From the NCBI GenBank assembly GCA_046050355.1, contig JBJOPW010000001.1, forward strand, positions 3,858 to 67,857: a stretch of DNA of 64,000 nucleotides, in the 5' to 3' direction. The notes under the pieces are model-generated. The model was not told the origin of the DNA. It ran no database searches and was given only the letters and a program-made list of their open reading frames with translations. The DNA comes from Candidatus Parcubacteria bacterium. GTDB taxonomy: Bacteria; Patescibacteriota; Minisyncoccia; Phycocordibacterales; UBA918. How positions within the stretch are numbered: position 1 is the first letter of the stretch; the number at the start of each line of letters is the position of its first letter. Positions 1 to 9,390 of the stretch are shown here, one piece after another. The position numbers and the translations under genes are program-made.

Positions 1-343
1 TCCAGTTAACCGTCCACTCCTTGAGCCAGCGGCGCTTCGTGGCGTTGTAGTGCGTTCGCCAGATCGTGTAGGCTACGAAGATGGCACCACTCGAGCAGAC
101 AAGCGGCAGCAGAAGGACTTCTCCGACATGCAGCCAGGTCCAGACCCTAGTCGCTTCGCTGACCATGCTGTCGAACTCAAGGATGGTCAAGATAGCTGTG
201 CCATAGGCAAACATAAACCACGTGAGTGGTTCGGCTTCCTTGCCCTCCTTGCGGACAACAAGACGGTAGTAGATGAAGTACCCGATAAGCTGGGTCAGCC
301 CGGCCGCAAGGCCGAGGTATGGTGCATACGTTGCGAGCATTGC
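1..343 (-). CDS. hypothetical integral membrane protein, C-terminal part lies beyond window start
   Basis: Reverse-strand ATG at 341-343 preceded by a GAAAGGGG SD-like motif. The translation MLATYAPYLGLAAGLTQLIGYFIYYRLVV... is strongly hydrophobic and stays open to position 1. Preferred over the overlapping + ORF 50..466, whose product looks compositionally implausible. Confidence 0.4.
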
Positions 344-480
344 GGCCCCTTTCGTAAAAATTTTAAGGATTCAGTTCTGCTAAGAATTATATCACAAATA
401 TACAGAAAAGTAAAGCTTTTGGGGATAAAAAGCTTATTTTGTAAAACTGAACGGCTCTACTTTTAGTTTAGATATAGGAA

Positions 481-620
481 AATTAATGGCACGAGGAGCC
501 ACCAGAAGAAGTATTCTTTTGGTGAGAAGATGGCTTGGATCGGGCTACCCGGGGTCACAAATTCGGTCACCGGCAGGACATGGAAACTAAAGACTATGAC
601 GAGGACAGCATAGATAACAT
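481..620 (-). pseudogene. remnant 3-prime fragment of a paralog of membrane-protein gene 1186..1662
   Basis: Nucleotides 481-620 align by eye at about 85 percent identity to 1210-1335. The reverse translation ...VIVFSFHVLPVTEFVTPGSPIQAIFSPKEYFFWWLL matches the C-terminus of the 1186..1662 product. An in-frame stop lies immediately upstream. Confidence 0.55.
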
Positions 621-632
621 GTAATCAGTGTA

Positions 633-884
633 TTAGCGATATACTTCTGAGCGTTTATCAATTCTGTATACGATAATTATCTCCTCGTTTACTTCAAATA
701 ATATTCGGTAGTCCTCTACCCGCTTTCTGAAGCCTTGGAAAGGAGTCTGTAACTTTTTGATATTTGATGCGCTGGTACCAAGTTGTGATAGTTCTTCTAA
801 AGATTGAACAATTCTTTCTTTGATTTTCTTGTCGAGGTTAAATAATTCCTTTTCTGCAACTTTTGTCAGCAGAATGTTATACAT
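633..884 (-). CDS. type II toxin, RelE/ParE family
   Basis: 83 aa from the internal Met (MYNILLTKV...). The C-terminal DYRILFEVNEEIIIVYRIDKRSEVY is a typical RelE/ParE signature. The start overlaps the upstream antitoxin stop by 8 nt. Confidence 0.8.
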   Translation of the reverse strand: MYNILLTKVAEKELFNLDKKIKERIVQSLEELSQLGTSASNIKKLQTPFQGFRKRVEDYRILFEVNEEIIIVYRIDKRSEVYR

Positions 885-1122
885 ATTTTTTTTTGATGTC
901 TGTCCATTTGACAAGTGGTTCACTTCGATTTTCTTCACGAGCAATCATGAGATCAAGCGCATCTTGCATATCTTCTAGATGCTCAGTATTGATCAGTGTT
1001 GCTACAGCAATCCCCCCCTTTTCTAGGCGGATGTGCTCATTTTTTGTGCGCACACGCTCGACTACAGCACCGAGATTAATACGAGCTTTGGTGATGGGCA
1101 TTGATGTTAGTTTTTGGGACAT
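877..1122 (-). CDS. type II antitoxin, Phd/YefM family
   Basis: 81 aa. ITKARINLGAVVERV...IRLEKGGIAVATLINTEHLEDMQDALDLM matches the Phd/YefM fold pattern. It sits immediately upstream of the RelE-like gene and overlaps it. Confidence 0.75.
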   Translation of the reverse strand: MSQKLTSMPITKARINLGAVVERVRTKNEHIRLEKGGIAVATLINTEHLEDMQDALDLMIAREENRSEPLVKWTDIKKKYV

Positions 1123-1154
1123 GATGAATTGATTAAGATTGATTAATATTCATC

Positions 1155-1183
1155 AATATACCTGTATCAATACATATTGTCAA
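1155..1183 (-). promoter_or_regulatory. sigma70-type promoter TTGACA-N17-TATATT for the Phd/RelE operon, with TTGATTAA-like direct repeats as a possible operator
   Basis: The reverse complement of 1155-1183 reads TTGACA, a 17-nt spacer, then TATATT. AT-rich repeats (gattaagattgattaat) lie between it and the antitoxin start. Confidence 0.4.
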
Positions 1184-1185
1184 AT

Positions 1186-1662
1186 TTAGTTTAAATACAA
1201 GAAAACGAGTGGGGCGAGGAGCCACCAGAAGAAGTAGTTGGCGGGAGCAAAGATAGCCTGGATCGGGCTGCCGGGGGTGACAAATTCGGTCACGGGGAGT
1301 ACATGGAAACTAAAGACCATAACGAGAATGGTACCGCCGGTAGCGAGGAGGAGTTTTTTGCCGAAGCTCTCAAACTTCTTCTCCTGGTAGGCGCGTGGCA
1401 TCAGGCGGGCCATAAGGATGGTTGAGATGACTGTAAAAACAGCAAAGATAATCACTTTCATAAAGGAGTCACCTTCCCCGCCACTCAAGATGGTGTCGTA
1501 GTATGGGAACTCGAGTGAGATAAGCAGGGCAAAGTAGAGACCGACAGTAAGATTGATCACAGCCTGACGACCGCGGACAATGGCGTACACCAAGAAGAAA
1601 CCAAAGACGCCAAGGAGGTATGCGAACTCTTGGATGATGAGGAGTATGTCCCCGGTATTCAT
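1186..1662 (-). CDS. hypothetical integral membrane protein (about 4 TM)
   Basis: 158 aa ORF with hydrophobic segments throughout. Its 3-prime 140 nt are duplicated at 481-620. Confidence 0.6.
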   Translation of the reverse strand: MNTGDILLIIQEFAYLLGVFGFFLVYAIVRGRQAVINLTVGLYFALLISLEFPYYDTILSGGEGDSFMKVIIFAVFTVISTILMARLMPRAYQEKKFESFGKKLLLATGGTILVMVFSFHVLPVTEFVTPGSPIQAIFAPANYFFWWLLAPLVFLYLN

Positions 1663-1908
1663 AGGTATATTATAGAACTCTTTTGGAGTGAGTGGGTGCG
1701 CTATCCACTGTCACTTCAACTGATACGTTTAGTGTATAATAGAAACACAATGCCTGCAGGCGCCATCGTAATAATACACTTTATTACGAATAGAAGAGTG
1801 TTATACTGAGTTACCTCGGAATACTCCTGCAGCGGTTCTGTCCGTTGTGGGGGTATTTCATTTTTCACTATGACGTTGAAGTTCTGGAAGAAACTAGCTT
1901 TCTAAGTA

Positions 1909-1962
1909 TTTTAGGGGTCCAACCCCGTGATTGTGCACAATCACGGGGTTGGACCCCTAAAA
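1909..1962. repeat. 54-nt perfect palindrome (left hairpin) TTTTAGGGGTCCAACCCCGTGATTGTGCACAATCACGGGGTTGGACCCCTAAAA
   Basis: Read directly from the sequence; it is self-complementary. Confidence 0.9.
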
Positions 1963-1980
1963 TGGGTATATGATTTACTT

Positions 1981-2601
1981 ATGCCTCGTGCCGTTGTTCC
2001 GATAGTGGCCGGTGAACTTTACCATGTATACAATCGTGGTGTAGATAAACGTGTTGTTTTTAATAACAAGAGTGATTATCTAAGATTCTATCTGTCTCTA
2101 GCATATTTCAATAACCAGGAGCGTACTGAAACATTTAATTCTGCGAAGTTGAAATTTGCAGATCGAAAAGAACCCCTGGTGCATATACATTCGTACGCAC
2201 TGCTCCCAAACCACTTCCATTTACTAGTAGAACCACTGGTGGACACAGGTCTTAGTGAGTTTATCAAGCGTATCTCCAACGGCTATACTGCATATTTTAA
2301 TGAACGTAATAATAGATCAGGTTCGTTATTTCAAGGGAAATATAAGCGAGTCCATGTTGATTCTGATGAATATAAAAATTATCTATTGGCGTATATCAAT
2401 GAGAACCATGCAGTGCATGGTTTGGCTGAACCAGTAGAAGTATACGAAACAAGTAAGTTTCATTTGCTCGGAACTATGAAGAGTATAGTGATAAATACTT
2501 CTCCGATTACCTCATATAACCAATCAGAATCGAGGTTACTTGCTAGCGATATTTATGAACGCAGATTGGAAATGAAAACACTTCTTTTTGAAGCTGATTG
2601 A
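1981..2601 (+). CDS. REP-associated tyrosine transposase (RAYT) / IS200-like TnpA, Y1 HUH family
   Basis: HUH motif LLPNHFHLLVEP; catalytic-Tyr region GYTAYFNERNNRSGSLFQGKYK; C-terminal YINENHAVHGLAEP resembles the YIHxNPVKxGLV tail of TnpA-REP proteins. The track ORF starts at 1927, inside the palindrome, so the Met at 1981 is the more likely start. Confidence 0.75.
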   Translation: MPRAVVPIVAGELYHVYNRGVDKRVVFNNKSDYLRFYLSLAYFNNQERTETFNSAKLKFADRKEPLVHIHSYALLPNHFHLLVEPLVDTGLSEFIKRISNGYTAYFNERNNRSGSLFQGKYKRVHVDSDEYKNYLLAYINENHAVHGLAEPVEVYETSKFHLLGTMKSIVINTSPITSYNQSESRLLASDIYERRLEMKTLLFEAD

Positions 2602-2613
2602 CTTCGGGAAAAA

Positions 2614-2661
2614 TTTAGGGGTCCAACCCCGAGAGCTTGCTCTCGGGGTTGGACCCCTAAA
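2614..2661. repeat. 48-nt palindrome (right hairpin) TTTAGGGGTCCAACCCCGAGAGCTTGCTCTCGGGGTTGGACCCCTAAA; also the likely dnaJ terminator
   Basis: Read directly; the outer arm is the same as in the 1909-1962 palindrome. It lies 17 nt beyond the dnaJ stop on the other strand. Confidence 0.85.
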
Positions 2662-2677
2662 TGAGGTCTGTGTTGGC

Positions 2678-3748
2678 TTAGAGGCCTTCTTTGCGGAGGT
2701 CTTCGACGAGTTTGCGGGCGGACTTGGAGATGGTCTTTGGGAATCCGATTTCAACCTTCACCATAAAGTCGCCACGAGTGCGACCATCGACAGGGACACC
2801 CTTGCTTTTGATACGCAGCAGTTCGCCATGGGTGATACCCGCCGGGATGGTGAGTGTCACTGGTCCATCAAGCGTCTCGACTTTGTACTCGCCACCGAGG
2901 AGTGCGTCAGTGAGTTTGATACTAAGTCGGGTGTAGAGCGTCGAGCCATCACGTTTGATGGTTGGGTGACCTTCCACGTGGACTTTGATATAGAGGTCGC
3001 CACTTTGAGCCCGCGGCATTGCTTCGCCACGTCCGGTCATACGGATGACTTCCCCATTTTCGATACCAGCGGGTACTTTGATCGAGACTTCTTCTTCGGC
3101 GCGCATGATGCCGGCGCCAGCACAATAACCACAGCGCTCCTTTGGTACCTTGCCGGTCCCATTACAGGTGTTACATTCACGCACGGTCTGGAAGGTGCCC
3201 ATGATACTCTGACGAGTCTCACGGATCTTGCCGTTGCCGTTACAAGTCTCACAGGTAGACATGGCAGTTCCCTTCTTCGCACCCGTGCCATCACAGTGCG
3301 TACAGGTATTGTTTTTATTGAGGAGCACATTGCGCGTGGTACCAAAAACTGCCTCACTGAAGTTGAGGTTGATATCAATCGAGACATCACGGCCACGAGC
3401 CTGCTTCGGCCGACCACCGCCAAATCCAAAGTTCTCAAAGATGTCATTGAGATCAAACTCAAATGAGCCACCTTGGCCTCCATGCCCCGCTCCAAAGTCG
3501 CCCCAATTGAAACCACCAAAACCGCCTCCTCCACCACCCTGTGCAGCAGCGTGGCCATAGGTATCGTATTCGGCCTTTTTCTTTTCGTCACCGAGGACGG
3601 CGTAGGCTTCGGTTATTTCTTTGTATTTGGTTTCGTTACCGGTCTTTTTGTCTGGGTGGTATTCGGCAGCTAACTTGCGAAAAGCTTTTTTTACCTCATC
3701 GCGAGAGGCACCTTTCTCTAGTCCAAGCACTTCGTAGTAGTCGGTCAT
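2678..3748 (-). CDS. dnaJ: molecular chaperone DnaJ
   Basis: J-domain YYEVLGL...HPDK, a Gly-rich linker and four CxxCxGxG zinc-finger repeats. Confidence 0.95.
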   Translation of the reverse strand: MTDYYEVLGLEKGASRDEVKKAFRKLAAEYHPDKKTGNETKYKEITEAYAVLGDEKKKAEYDTYGHAAAQGGGGGGFGGFNWGDFGAGHGGQGGSFEFDLNDIFENFGFGGGRPKQARGRDVSIDINLNFSEAVFGTTRNVLLNKNNTCTHCDGTGAKKGTAMSTCETCNGNGKIRETRQSIMGTFQTVRECNTCNGTGKVPKERCGYCAGAGIMRAEEEVSIKVPAGIENGEVIRMTGRGEAMPRAQSGDLYIKVHVEGHPTIKRDGSTLYTRLSIKLTDALLGGEYKVETLDGPVTLTIPAGITHGELLRIKSKGVPVDGRTRGDFMVKVEIGFPKTISKSARKLVEDLRKEGL

Positions 3749-3750
3749 AT

Positions 3751-5151
3751 TTATTGTGATAGCATAATGTTACTAAATTGCCACGGATCCGTTTTGTCGT
3801 TTGTTGGTTTCCAGTCTGTATATGCACCAAAAACTTTTCCTAAGTACGGTTCTTGAATTGCGAGACAAAACTCATGATCCATTTCCTCTACTTCAACAAT
3901 GCCACAGTGTGGATTCTCGAGCATCCAATGAATACCAGCAATAACTGCAGATGTAACCTGAAGACCCGTTGCGTTTTGGTGCGGTGCTAGAGCCTTTGCT
4001 TCCTCAGTAGAGAGTTTTGAGCCATACCAGTATGCATTTTTGTTGTGTCCAAACAAAAGCACACCGAGTTCATCAAAACCGTCTGAAATTTCTCCTTCTG
4101 TGAGTACAGTAAAAGTATCGAATGAAGTAATTCCTTTGCTCGTGAGACGATTCAATGCTTCGACTGTCGCATCACATGGCCGATAGGCATAGTGCACCGT
4201 CGGTCGGTAGATGACTTTCCCAGATTCATCTCTAACAGTGAGATAATCACTTAGAGACAAGGCCTCGTTATGAGTCACGAGGTATGCTTCGACTTCACCG
4301 TGTGTTGGTACCCAAGTGCGTACCTTTGTTTTCGCTCCGACAGAATCTAGGAATATGCCACACGCCTGTGGGTCTTCATGGTGCTCTGCACCGATGGGTA
4401 ATTCTTGTTCGTGGGTACCCCATCCAAGTTCTGCCGGTTGCAGTGCTTCGGATATTAATCCTTCTACCGACCACGTGTTTACGAATTTTGTTTCTGGAAC
4501 AGTTGTCATTGTAGTTTGGTCATCGCGTTCTGCAATATGTATTCCAACTACACCCAGTTTCTGTGCTAAGTTTGACCATTCACCTCTCGTTTTTGGGATC
4601 TCTGTTACTGTATTGGTATCACGAGCAATTTGTAATAAGGCACGCTTCACCAACCACGAAACCATACCAGGGTTAGCGCCACAGCACGATACCGCTGTAG
4701 GACCTGATGCACTTAGTTCTGTTCGTAGGCTGAGCACTTCCTTACGCAGGTGATAATTGGTTCGTTCGTGTGCGGGTCGATTAAAGTCATCGTATACGCC
4801 AGGCCATGGCTCTACTACTGTATCGATATAGAGAGCATTTCTTTTGTTTGCATAGCGCATGAGCGAAACCGAAGATACTTCAACCGAAAGATTGATAATA
4901 ATCGCTTGTTCTGCGCTCTGCTGAATAATACTGTCTAGGACGTCTTCGTAATTAGATGGTTTTAGTCCAAGATGAAGGTGTGAATATTTGTGGCCGGTAC
5001 CATAATCAAGTTGGCTGAGTTTTGGTTCGATGATTGTGATTTGATTTTCTTGAAAGCTAAAGTGCTTTTCAAAAAGAGCCAAAACCCCTCTACCAATTGA
5101 TCCATAACCAACAAATATGACTGGCCCTTTTACCACGTTCACAGACTTCAT
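3751..5151 (-). CDS. hss: homospermidine synthase (NAD-dependent, saccharopine-dehydrogenase-like fold)
   Basis: N-terminal [23 protein letters not shown] Rossmann motif, [44 protein letters not shown] and C-terminal [10 protein letters not shown]...TDPWQFSNI all match bacterial HSS as I recall it. Confidence 0.8.
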   Translation of the reverse strand: MKSVNVVKGPVIFVGYGSIGRGVLALFEKHFSFQENQITIIEPKLSQLDYGTGHKYSHLHLGLKPSNYEDVLDSIIQQSAEQAIIINLSVEVSSVSLMRYANKRNALYIDTVVEPWPGVYDDFNRPAHERTNYHLRKEVLSLRTELSASGPTAVSCCGANPGMVSWLVKRALLQIARDTNTVTEIPKTRGEWSNLAQKLGVVGIHIAERDDQTTMTTVPETKFVNTWSVEGLISEALQPAELGWGTHEQELPIGAEHHEDPQACGIFLDSVGAKTKVRTWVPTHGEVEAYLVTHNEALSLSDYLTVRDESGKVIYRPTVHYAYRPCDATVEALNRLTSKGITSFDTFTVLTEGEISDGFDELGVLLFGHNKNAYWYGSKLSTEEAKALAPHQNATGLQVTSAVIAGIHWMLENPHCGIVEVEEMDHEFCLAIQEPYLGKVFGAYTDWKPTNDKTDPWQFSNIMLSQ

Positions 5152-5154
5152 ACG

Positions 5155-7041
5155 TTACTTAGTATCGTCCTTCACATCGGCATCTCGTACCGGAGCGTCA
5201 GTATCGTGTGGTGTCTCGGGAGAGGCGCCTTCAGTAGCCGCCGCTTGGTTCATCACTTCGCCAATTTTTTGCATGGCGGTCGAGAGTGCTTCACTCGCAG
5301 ACTTAATAGCGGCGATGTCTTCTTTACCCTTGGCCTCATTCACGAGCTTGATTTTGTCTTCGACATTAGTCTTGATTTCTGGAGTAATCTTGTCACCAAA
5401 GTCCTTGAGTGACTTTTCGGCCGTGTAGACCATCTGCTCGGCGAGGTTCTTGGTATCGATGAGTTCCTTCTTCTTTGCGTCTTCACTCGCGTGCTCTTCG
5501 GCGTCTTTTTGCATGCGTTCGATATCAGCGTCAGTGAGGCCAGAAGAGGCTTCAATCTTGATTGACTGTTCCTTACCGGTAGCCTTGTCCTTGGCGGTGA
5601 CCTTGAGTACACCGTTACTATCGACGTCAAAGGTTACCTCCACCTGCGGGACGCCGCGCGGGGCTGGCGGAATCCCATCGAGCACAAAGCGACCAAGCGA
5701 TTTGTTGTCCGCAGACATGGGTCGTTCACCCTGGGTAATGTGAATCTCAGTTGAGGTCTGGTTGTCAGCTGCGGTTGAGAAAACCTGAGACTTCTTCGTT
5801 GGGATGTGGGTGTTCTTTTCGATGAGCTTCGTGGCTACCCCACCCATAGTCTCGATAGAGAGTGAGAGTGGAATCACGTCAACAAGCGTAATATCCTGCA
5901 CATCACCCTGGAAGATACCGGCCTGGATAGCGGCACCAAGGGCGACTACTTCGTCTGGGTTCACACTCTTGTTTGGTTCTTTACCAAAGAGATTACGGAC
6001 GGCGTCCACAATCGCTGGCATACGAGTCTGACCACCAACAAGGATGATTTCGTTGATGTCTTCTTTCTTGAGACCTGAAGCCTCCATCGCGCGCTTCGTG
6101 ATTTCAATTGAGCGGTCGATGTACTCGTGGGCGAGTTCTTCAAGCTTGGCGCGGGTGATGGTCGTCATCATGTGCACTGGTGCACCATTGTTGTTCGCGA
6201 TAAATGGAATGTTAATGTCGGTTGAGCCAGTAGTTGAGAGTTCCTTCTTGGCTTTTTCAGCGGCGTCGTCAAGGAGACCAAGCGCAAGCGGATCTTTTCC
6301 AAGATCAATACCTTCAGCCTTCTTAAATTCATCAATGAGGAACTGCACGAGGCGGTAGTCGATATCACGGCCACCCATGTGGGCATCGCCGTCGGTAGAT
6401 TGGACCTCGACTACCCCGTCCCCGACTTCGAGCACGGTAACGTCAAAGGTACCACCACCAAAGTCGTACACAACAATCTTCTCGTCCTTCTTCTTGTTAA
6501 AACCGTACGCCAGCGCAGCTGCGGTTGGTTCGTTGATGATACGCTTCACATCAAGACCGGCAATCTTGCCCGCATCTTGGGTGGCCTTGCGCTGACTGTC
6601 ATTAAAGTAGGCCGGTACCGTAATCACCGCTTCGGTAATCTTTTCACCAGTCTTGGCTTCGGCGTCCGCTTTGAGCTTTGAAAGAATCATTGCTGAGACT
6701 TCTTCAGGGCGATAGTCTTTGTCGCCGAGGACCACGACTGCTCCCCCATCGGTTCCGGCCTTTACTTCGTACGGAACAATCGCTTTATCTTTTTGGACTA
6801 CCTCTTCAGCAAAGGTGTGTCCCATAAAGCGCTTGATGCCATAGATGGTGTTCTTTGGGTTCGTCACCGCCTGGCGCTTCGCAATTTGACCGACGAGGCG
6901 TTCGCCAGTCTTTGAAATAGCGACCACTGATGGTGTGGTACGGACACCTTCGTTGTTTTCAATAATAGTTGGTTCACCAGCTTCAATGATGGCCATTGCT
7001 GAGTTGGTGGTACCGAGGTCGATGCCGAGAATTTTTGCCAT
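5155..7041 (-). CDS. dnaK: molecular chaperone DnaK (Hsp70)
   Basis: [18 protein letters not shown] and other canonical Hsp70 motifs; 628 aa. Confidence 0.97.
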   Translation of the reverse strand: MAKILGIDLGTTNSAMAIIEAGEPTIIENNEGVRTTPSVVAISKTGERLVGQIAKRQAVTNPKNTIYGIKRFMGHTFAEEVVQKDKAIVPYEVKAGTDGGAVVVLGDKDYRPEEVSAMILSKLKADAEAKTGEKITEAVITVPAYFNDSQRKATQDAGKIAGLDVKRIINEPTAAALAYGFNKKKDEKIVVYDFGGGTFDVTVLEVGDGVVEVQSTDGDAHMGGRDIDYRLVQFLIDEFKKAEGIDLGKDPLALGLLDDAAEKAKKELSTTGSTDINIPFIANNNGAPVHMMTTITRAKLEELAHEYIDRSIEITKRAMEASGLKKEDINEIILVGGQTRMPAIVDAVRNLFGKEPNKSVNPDEVVALGAAIQAGIFQGDVQDITLVDVIPLSLSIETMGGVATKLIEKNTHIPTKKSQVFSTAADNQTSTEIHITQGERPMSADNKSLGRFVLDGIPPAPRGVPQVEVTFDVDSNGVLKVTAKDKATGKEQSIKIEASSGLTDADIERMQKDAEEHASEDAKKKELIDTKNLAEQMVYTAEKSLKDFGDKITPEIKTNVEDKIKLVNEAKGKEDIAAIKSASEALSTAMQKIGEVMNQAAATEGASPETPHDTDAPVRDADVKDDTK

Positions 7042-7087
7042 AATCTAAATAAGAAATTAAATAACTAATGAATGAACATCTTTGCCT

Positions 7088-7699
7088 TTAGGCTGTGTAT
7101 TCGCCAACGGTCACGCGTGCGGGACGGATGATGTCTTCGGAGTCGCCACTCTTACGTATATAGCCGAGCTGCATGACGGTTATTACCTGATTATGCTGGC
7201 TTTCGTTTGTGACCGGAATGGTACTCAGTGCCTCATGCTTAATCGGGTCAAAGGTCTGGCCGGTTGGGTCAACTGCTGCTACCTCATAGCCACGCAGGAT
7301 ACTATCGAGTTGGTTTTTGATACCTTCGATCCCTTTGCGCCACTTCTCGTCGGCTTTTTCCCAAGCAGACTTGTCTAACATTGCTAGGTAAAAGCTGTCG
7401 GCGAGTGGGAGGAGCTTCTCAATATGCTTTACCGTGTCGCGCTCCCTGGTGCGAGTCACCTCGTCCTCAAGACGCTTACGGGCATTAAGGAAATCAGCTT
7501 TTGTCCGTTGGACTTCTTCATGAAGTTCGCGATTTTTATCGGTTGCTTCTTGTAACTTCGTTCGTAATACTTTTAATTTTTGTTCTGCGGTTGCTTCGTC
7601 GTCTACTAATTCAGTATCAGGGTGGCTGTTGTCTTCGTAGGTGAGGTTGTCGCTGTCAGACTGAATAGTAGACTCTTCTTCGTTGTGTTTATTCACCAT
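7088..7699 (-). CDS. grpE: nucleotide exchange factor GrpE
   Basis: 203 aa coiled-coil N-terminal half plus a GrpE C-terminal domain. It sits upstream of dnaK in the same orientation. Confidence 0.85.
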   Translation of the reverse strand: MVNKHNEEESTIQSDSDNLTYEDNSHPDTELVDDEATAEQKLKVLRTKLQEATDKNRELHEEVQRTKADFLNARKRLEDEVTRTRERDTVKHIEKLLPLADSFYLAMLDKSAWEKADEKWRKGIEGIKNQLDSILRGYEVAAVDPTGQTFDPIKHEALSTIPVTNESQHNQVITVMQLGYIRKSGDSEDIIRPARVTVGEYTA

Positions 7700-7787
7700 A
7701 CTCCCCCATTATAAATCGAAAAAGTGGTACTGTCAAAAACAGAAAAAGGGCCGGCTGAAACGCCGACCCTCTCTCGTGTAGAGATGT

Positions 7788-8087
7788 CTACCAGCGGTTG
7801 ATGCGGCGTCGCACCTTCCGTAATAGACCCTCAAGATCGTCAGCATACCGCCGCAGCGGTTGTGTGTCGAATCCATCAGGCGCTCGCATCCATCGCGCTT
7901 CTAGGCAGAATACCCGACCATCGCTGGTCATAGTTTTCTCCAGAAGAACTTTGAAATGACGACGCTTGACTCTCGTGCTTAGGGTACAAATTCGCATGGC
8001 CTGCTCCTTCGTTTGGGTTGTGTATTCACCCACTAAGCACGAGATCCACGAGACTTTTAGATTACTCTCAATTCTTATGCCATGCAA
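7788..8087 (-). CDS. hypothetical small protein (uncertain)
   Basis: A 99-aa ORF in a 550-nt gap between grpE and rpsI, with no recognisable motifs. It is followed on the minus strand by an imperfect hairpin and a T-tract. Confidence 0.25.
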   Translation of the reverse strand: MHGIRIESNLKVSWISCLVGEYTTQTKEQAMRICTLSTRVKRRHFKVLLEKTMTSDGRVFCLEARWMRAPDGFDTQPLRRYADDLEGLLRKVRRRINRW

Positions 8088-8171
8088 GGGGTTTAATTGA
8101 ACACAAAATCCTCCCGAAGGAGGGTTTTGTCAGGAAGCGTTATAAATCAGATGCAGAGCGAGGCGGGCAAG

Positions 8172-8216
8172 AAAAAAGACCCGAATGGGACGAGTAGTCC
8201 AGTGAGGGTCTTTTTT
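8172..8216 (-). terminator. rho-independent terminator after rpsI
   Basis: AAAAAAGACCC ... GGGTCTTTTTT: a stem flanked by A/T tracts 30 nt beyond the rpsI stop. A second hairpin, CCTCC-CGAA-GGAGG, lies at 8105-8128. Confidence 0.5.
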
Positions 8217-8245
8217 CGTAGCCTAACAAAGCTATGCGCTGATTT

Positions 8246-8650
8246 TTAACGCTTACTCCAGGCTGGGCGCTTGCGAGCCTTCAGCAAGCCGAATTTTTTA
8301 CGCTCTACCGCACGCGCGTCGCGCTTGAGGAGACCGGCCTTCTTCAGGGTAATACGACGAGCGTCTTTTTCCTTTACAAGAGCACGGGCGATACCAAGAC
8401 GGATGGCATCAGCCTGTGCTGAGATACCGCCGCCTTCAACCTTCGCTGTAATAGCATAGTGTTCGATACCAGCGTCTGGAGTCGCGAGCACTGACTCTAC
8501 TACCTGCTGGTGACCAAGGTGCTTGAAGTATTCAGTCAGTGGACGGTTGTTCACGATGATTGAAGTCTCTTTGGCTGGCGTAATACGCACACGGGTAGTG
8601 GCAGTCTTACGGCGACCAATGGCTTCAATGTAACGAGTTGCAGTAGCCAT
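8246..8650 (-). CDS. rpsI: 30S ribosomal protein S9
   Basis: The C-terminal ...KARKRPAWSKR is characteristic of S9. Confidence 0.95.
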   Translation of the reverse strand: MATATRYIEAIGRRKTATTRVRITPAKETSIIVNNRPLTEYFKHLGHQQVVESVLATPDAGIEHYAITAKVEGGGISAQADAIRLGIARALVKEKDARRITLKKAGLLKRDARAVERKKFGLLKARKRPAWSKR

Positions 8651-8651
8651 A

Positions 8652-9017
8652 TTATTCAGTAATTATAAGATTCTTAAGCATTGGCTTCTTAAGCTTGTTG
8701 TTTGGAAGCATGCCGCCAATGGTGCGACGAAGCACTTCAGCGTAGCCACGGCGCTCACCGAGGTGGCCAAGCGTTTCACTACGGAGACCGCCTGGATATC
8801 CAGAGTAGGTCTGATAGACTTCGTCTTTCTTTTTCTTTTCAGTGATATCAAGCTTTGATGCGTTTGTGATCGAAACGGTCACATCTGCAACGAGATGTTT
8901 CGCGAAATCAGCCTGATCTTTTCCGAGGAGGACCGAAGCGGCTTCGGTCGCTACCACACCGAGGCGCTTGTTAGCAGCATCGATATTGTGGGTGCGAGTT
9001 GTTGATGAAGTAGTCAT
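8652..9017 (-). CDS. rplM: 50S ribosomal protein L13
   Basis: 121 aa of L13-like sequence immediately upstream of rpsI. Confidence 0.9.
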   Translation of the reverse strand: MTTSSTTRTHNIDAANKRLGVVATEAASVLLGKDQADFAKHLVADVTVSITNASKLDITEKKKKDEVYQTYSGYPGGLRSETLGHLGERRGYAEVLRRTIGGMLPNNKLKKPMLKNLIITE

Positions 9018-9022
9018 ATGTG

Positions 9023-9379
9023 TTATTCAACAAATTCAATTACAGCCTCATCGCGACCAGCTTGTGTGCGGCCAACTTTAATCACTCGAGTGTAGCCACC
9101 CTGACGACTTGCGAACTTTGGTGCCAGCTCATCAAAAACTTTTTTGATAATGGTCGCACTTGGTTCACCGAGACGACTCGCCACAATGCGACGAGCAGCG
9201 ATGGTGTTCTTTTTTCCGTGAGTGACGAGACGTTCAATAAAGGGACGAAGTTCTTTCGCCTTAGCTTCAGTGGTCTTGATCTTGCCATCACGGATGAGTG
9301 AGACAGCCAAGCCACGAACAAGCGCTGTCCGCTGATTGCGGGGTCGCCCAAATGTTCGATTTTTATTTCCGTGTACCAT
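9023..9379 (-). CDS. rplQ: 50S ribosomal protein L17
   Basis: MVHGNKNRTFGRPRNQRTALVRGL... is a typical L17 N-terminus. Confidence 0.93.
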   Translation of the reverse strand: MVHGNKNRTFGRPRNQRTALVRGLAVSLIRDGKIKTTEAKAKELRPFIERLVTHGKKNTIAARRIVASRLGEPSATIIKKVFDELAPKFASRQGGYTRVIKVGRTQAGRDEAVIEFVE

Positions 9380-9390
9380 ATTAGTATTAA

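Larger units (their letters stand above)
1909..2661 (+). mobile_element. IS200/IS605-family-like minimal element: single Y1 HUH transposase gene flanked by two related perfect palindromes (REP/RAYT-like)
   Basis: Palindromes at 1909-1962 and 2614-2661 share the arm TAGGGGTCCAACCCCG and bracket the transposase ORF. Confidence 0.6.

Noticed and set aside
50-466. + strand ORF of 138 aa at the window start
   Set aside because: The product is compositionally odd. The opposite strand encodes a convincing hydrophobic membrane protein with an SD-like motif, so the minus-strand reading is preferred.
2588-3466. 292-aa + strand ORF antisense to dnaJ, and similar long antisense ORFs at 15203..15958, 19021..19755, 25631..26407 and 60985..61707
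   Set aside because: All lie inside well-supported genes on the other strand (dnaJ, alaS, HD/pepF, the 442-aa protein, uvrA). They have no motifs and are typical shadow ORFs of GC-balanced coding sequence.
7701-7736. Perfect TTGACA-N17-TATAAT promoter on the minus strand immediately upstream of grpE
   Set aside because: The -10 box would end only about 8 nt before the grpE ATG and overlaps the GGGGGAG SD-like run. This implies a leaderless transcript, which is doubtful, so it is not listed as a feature. No CIRCE element was found either.
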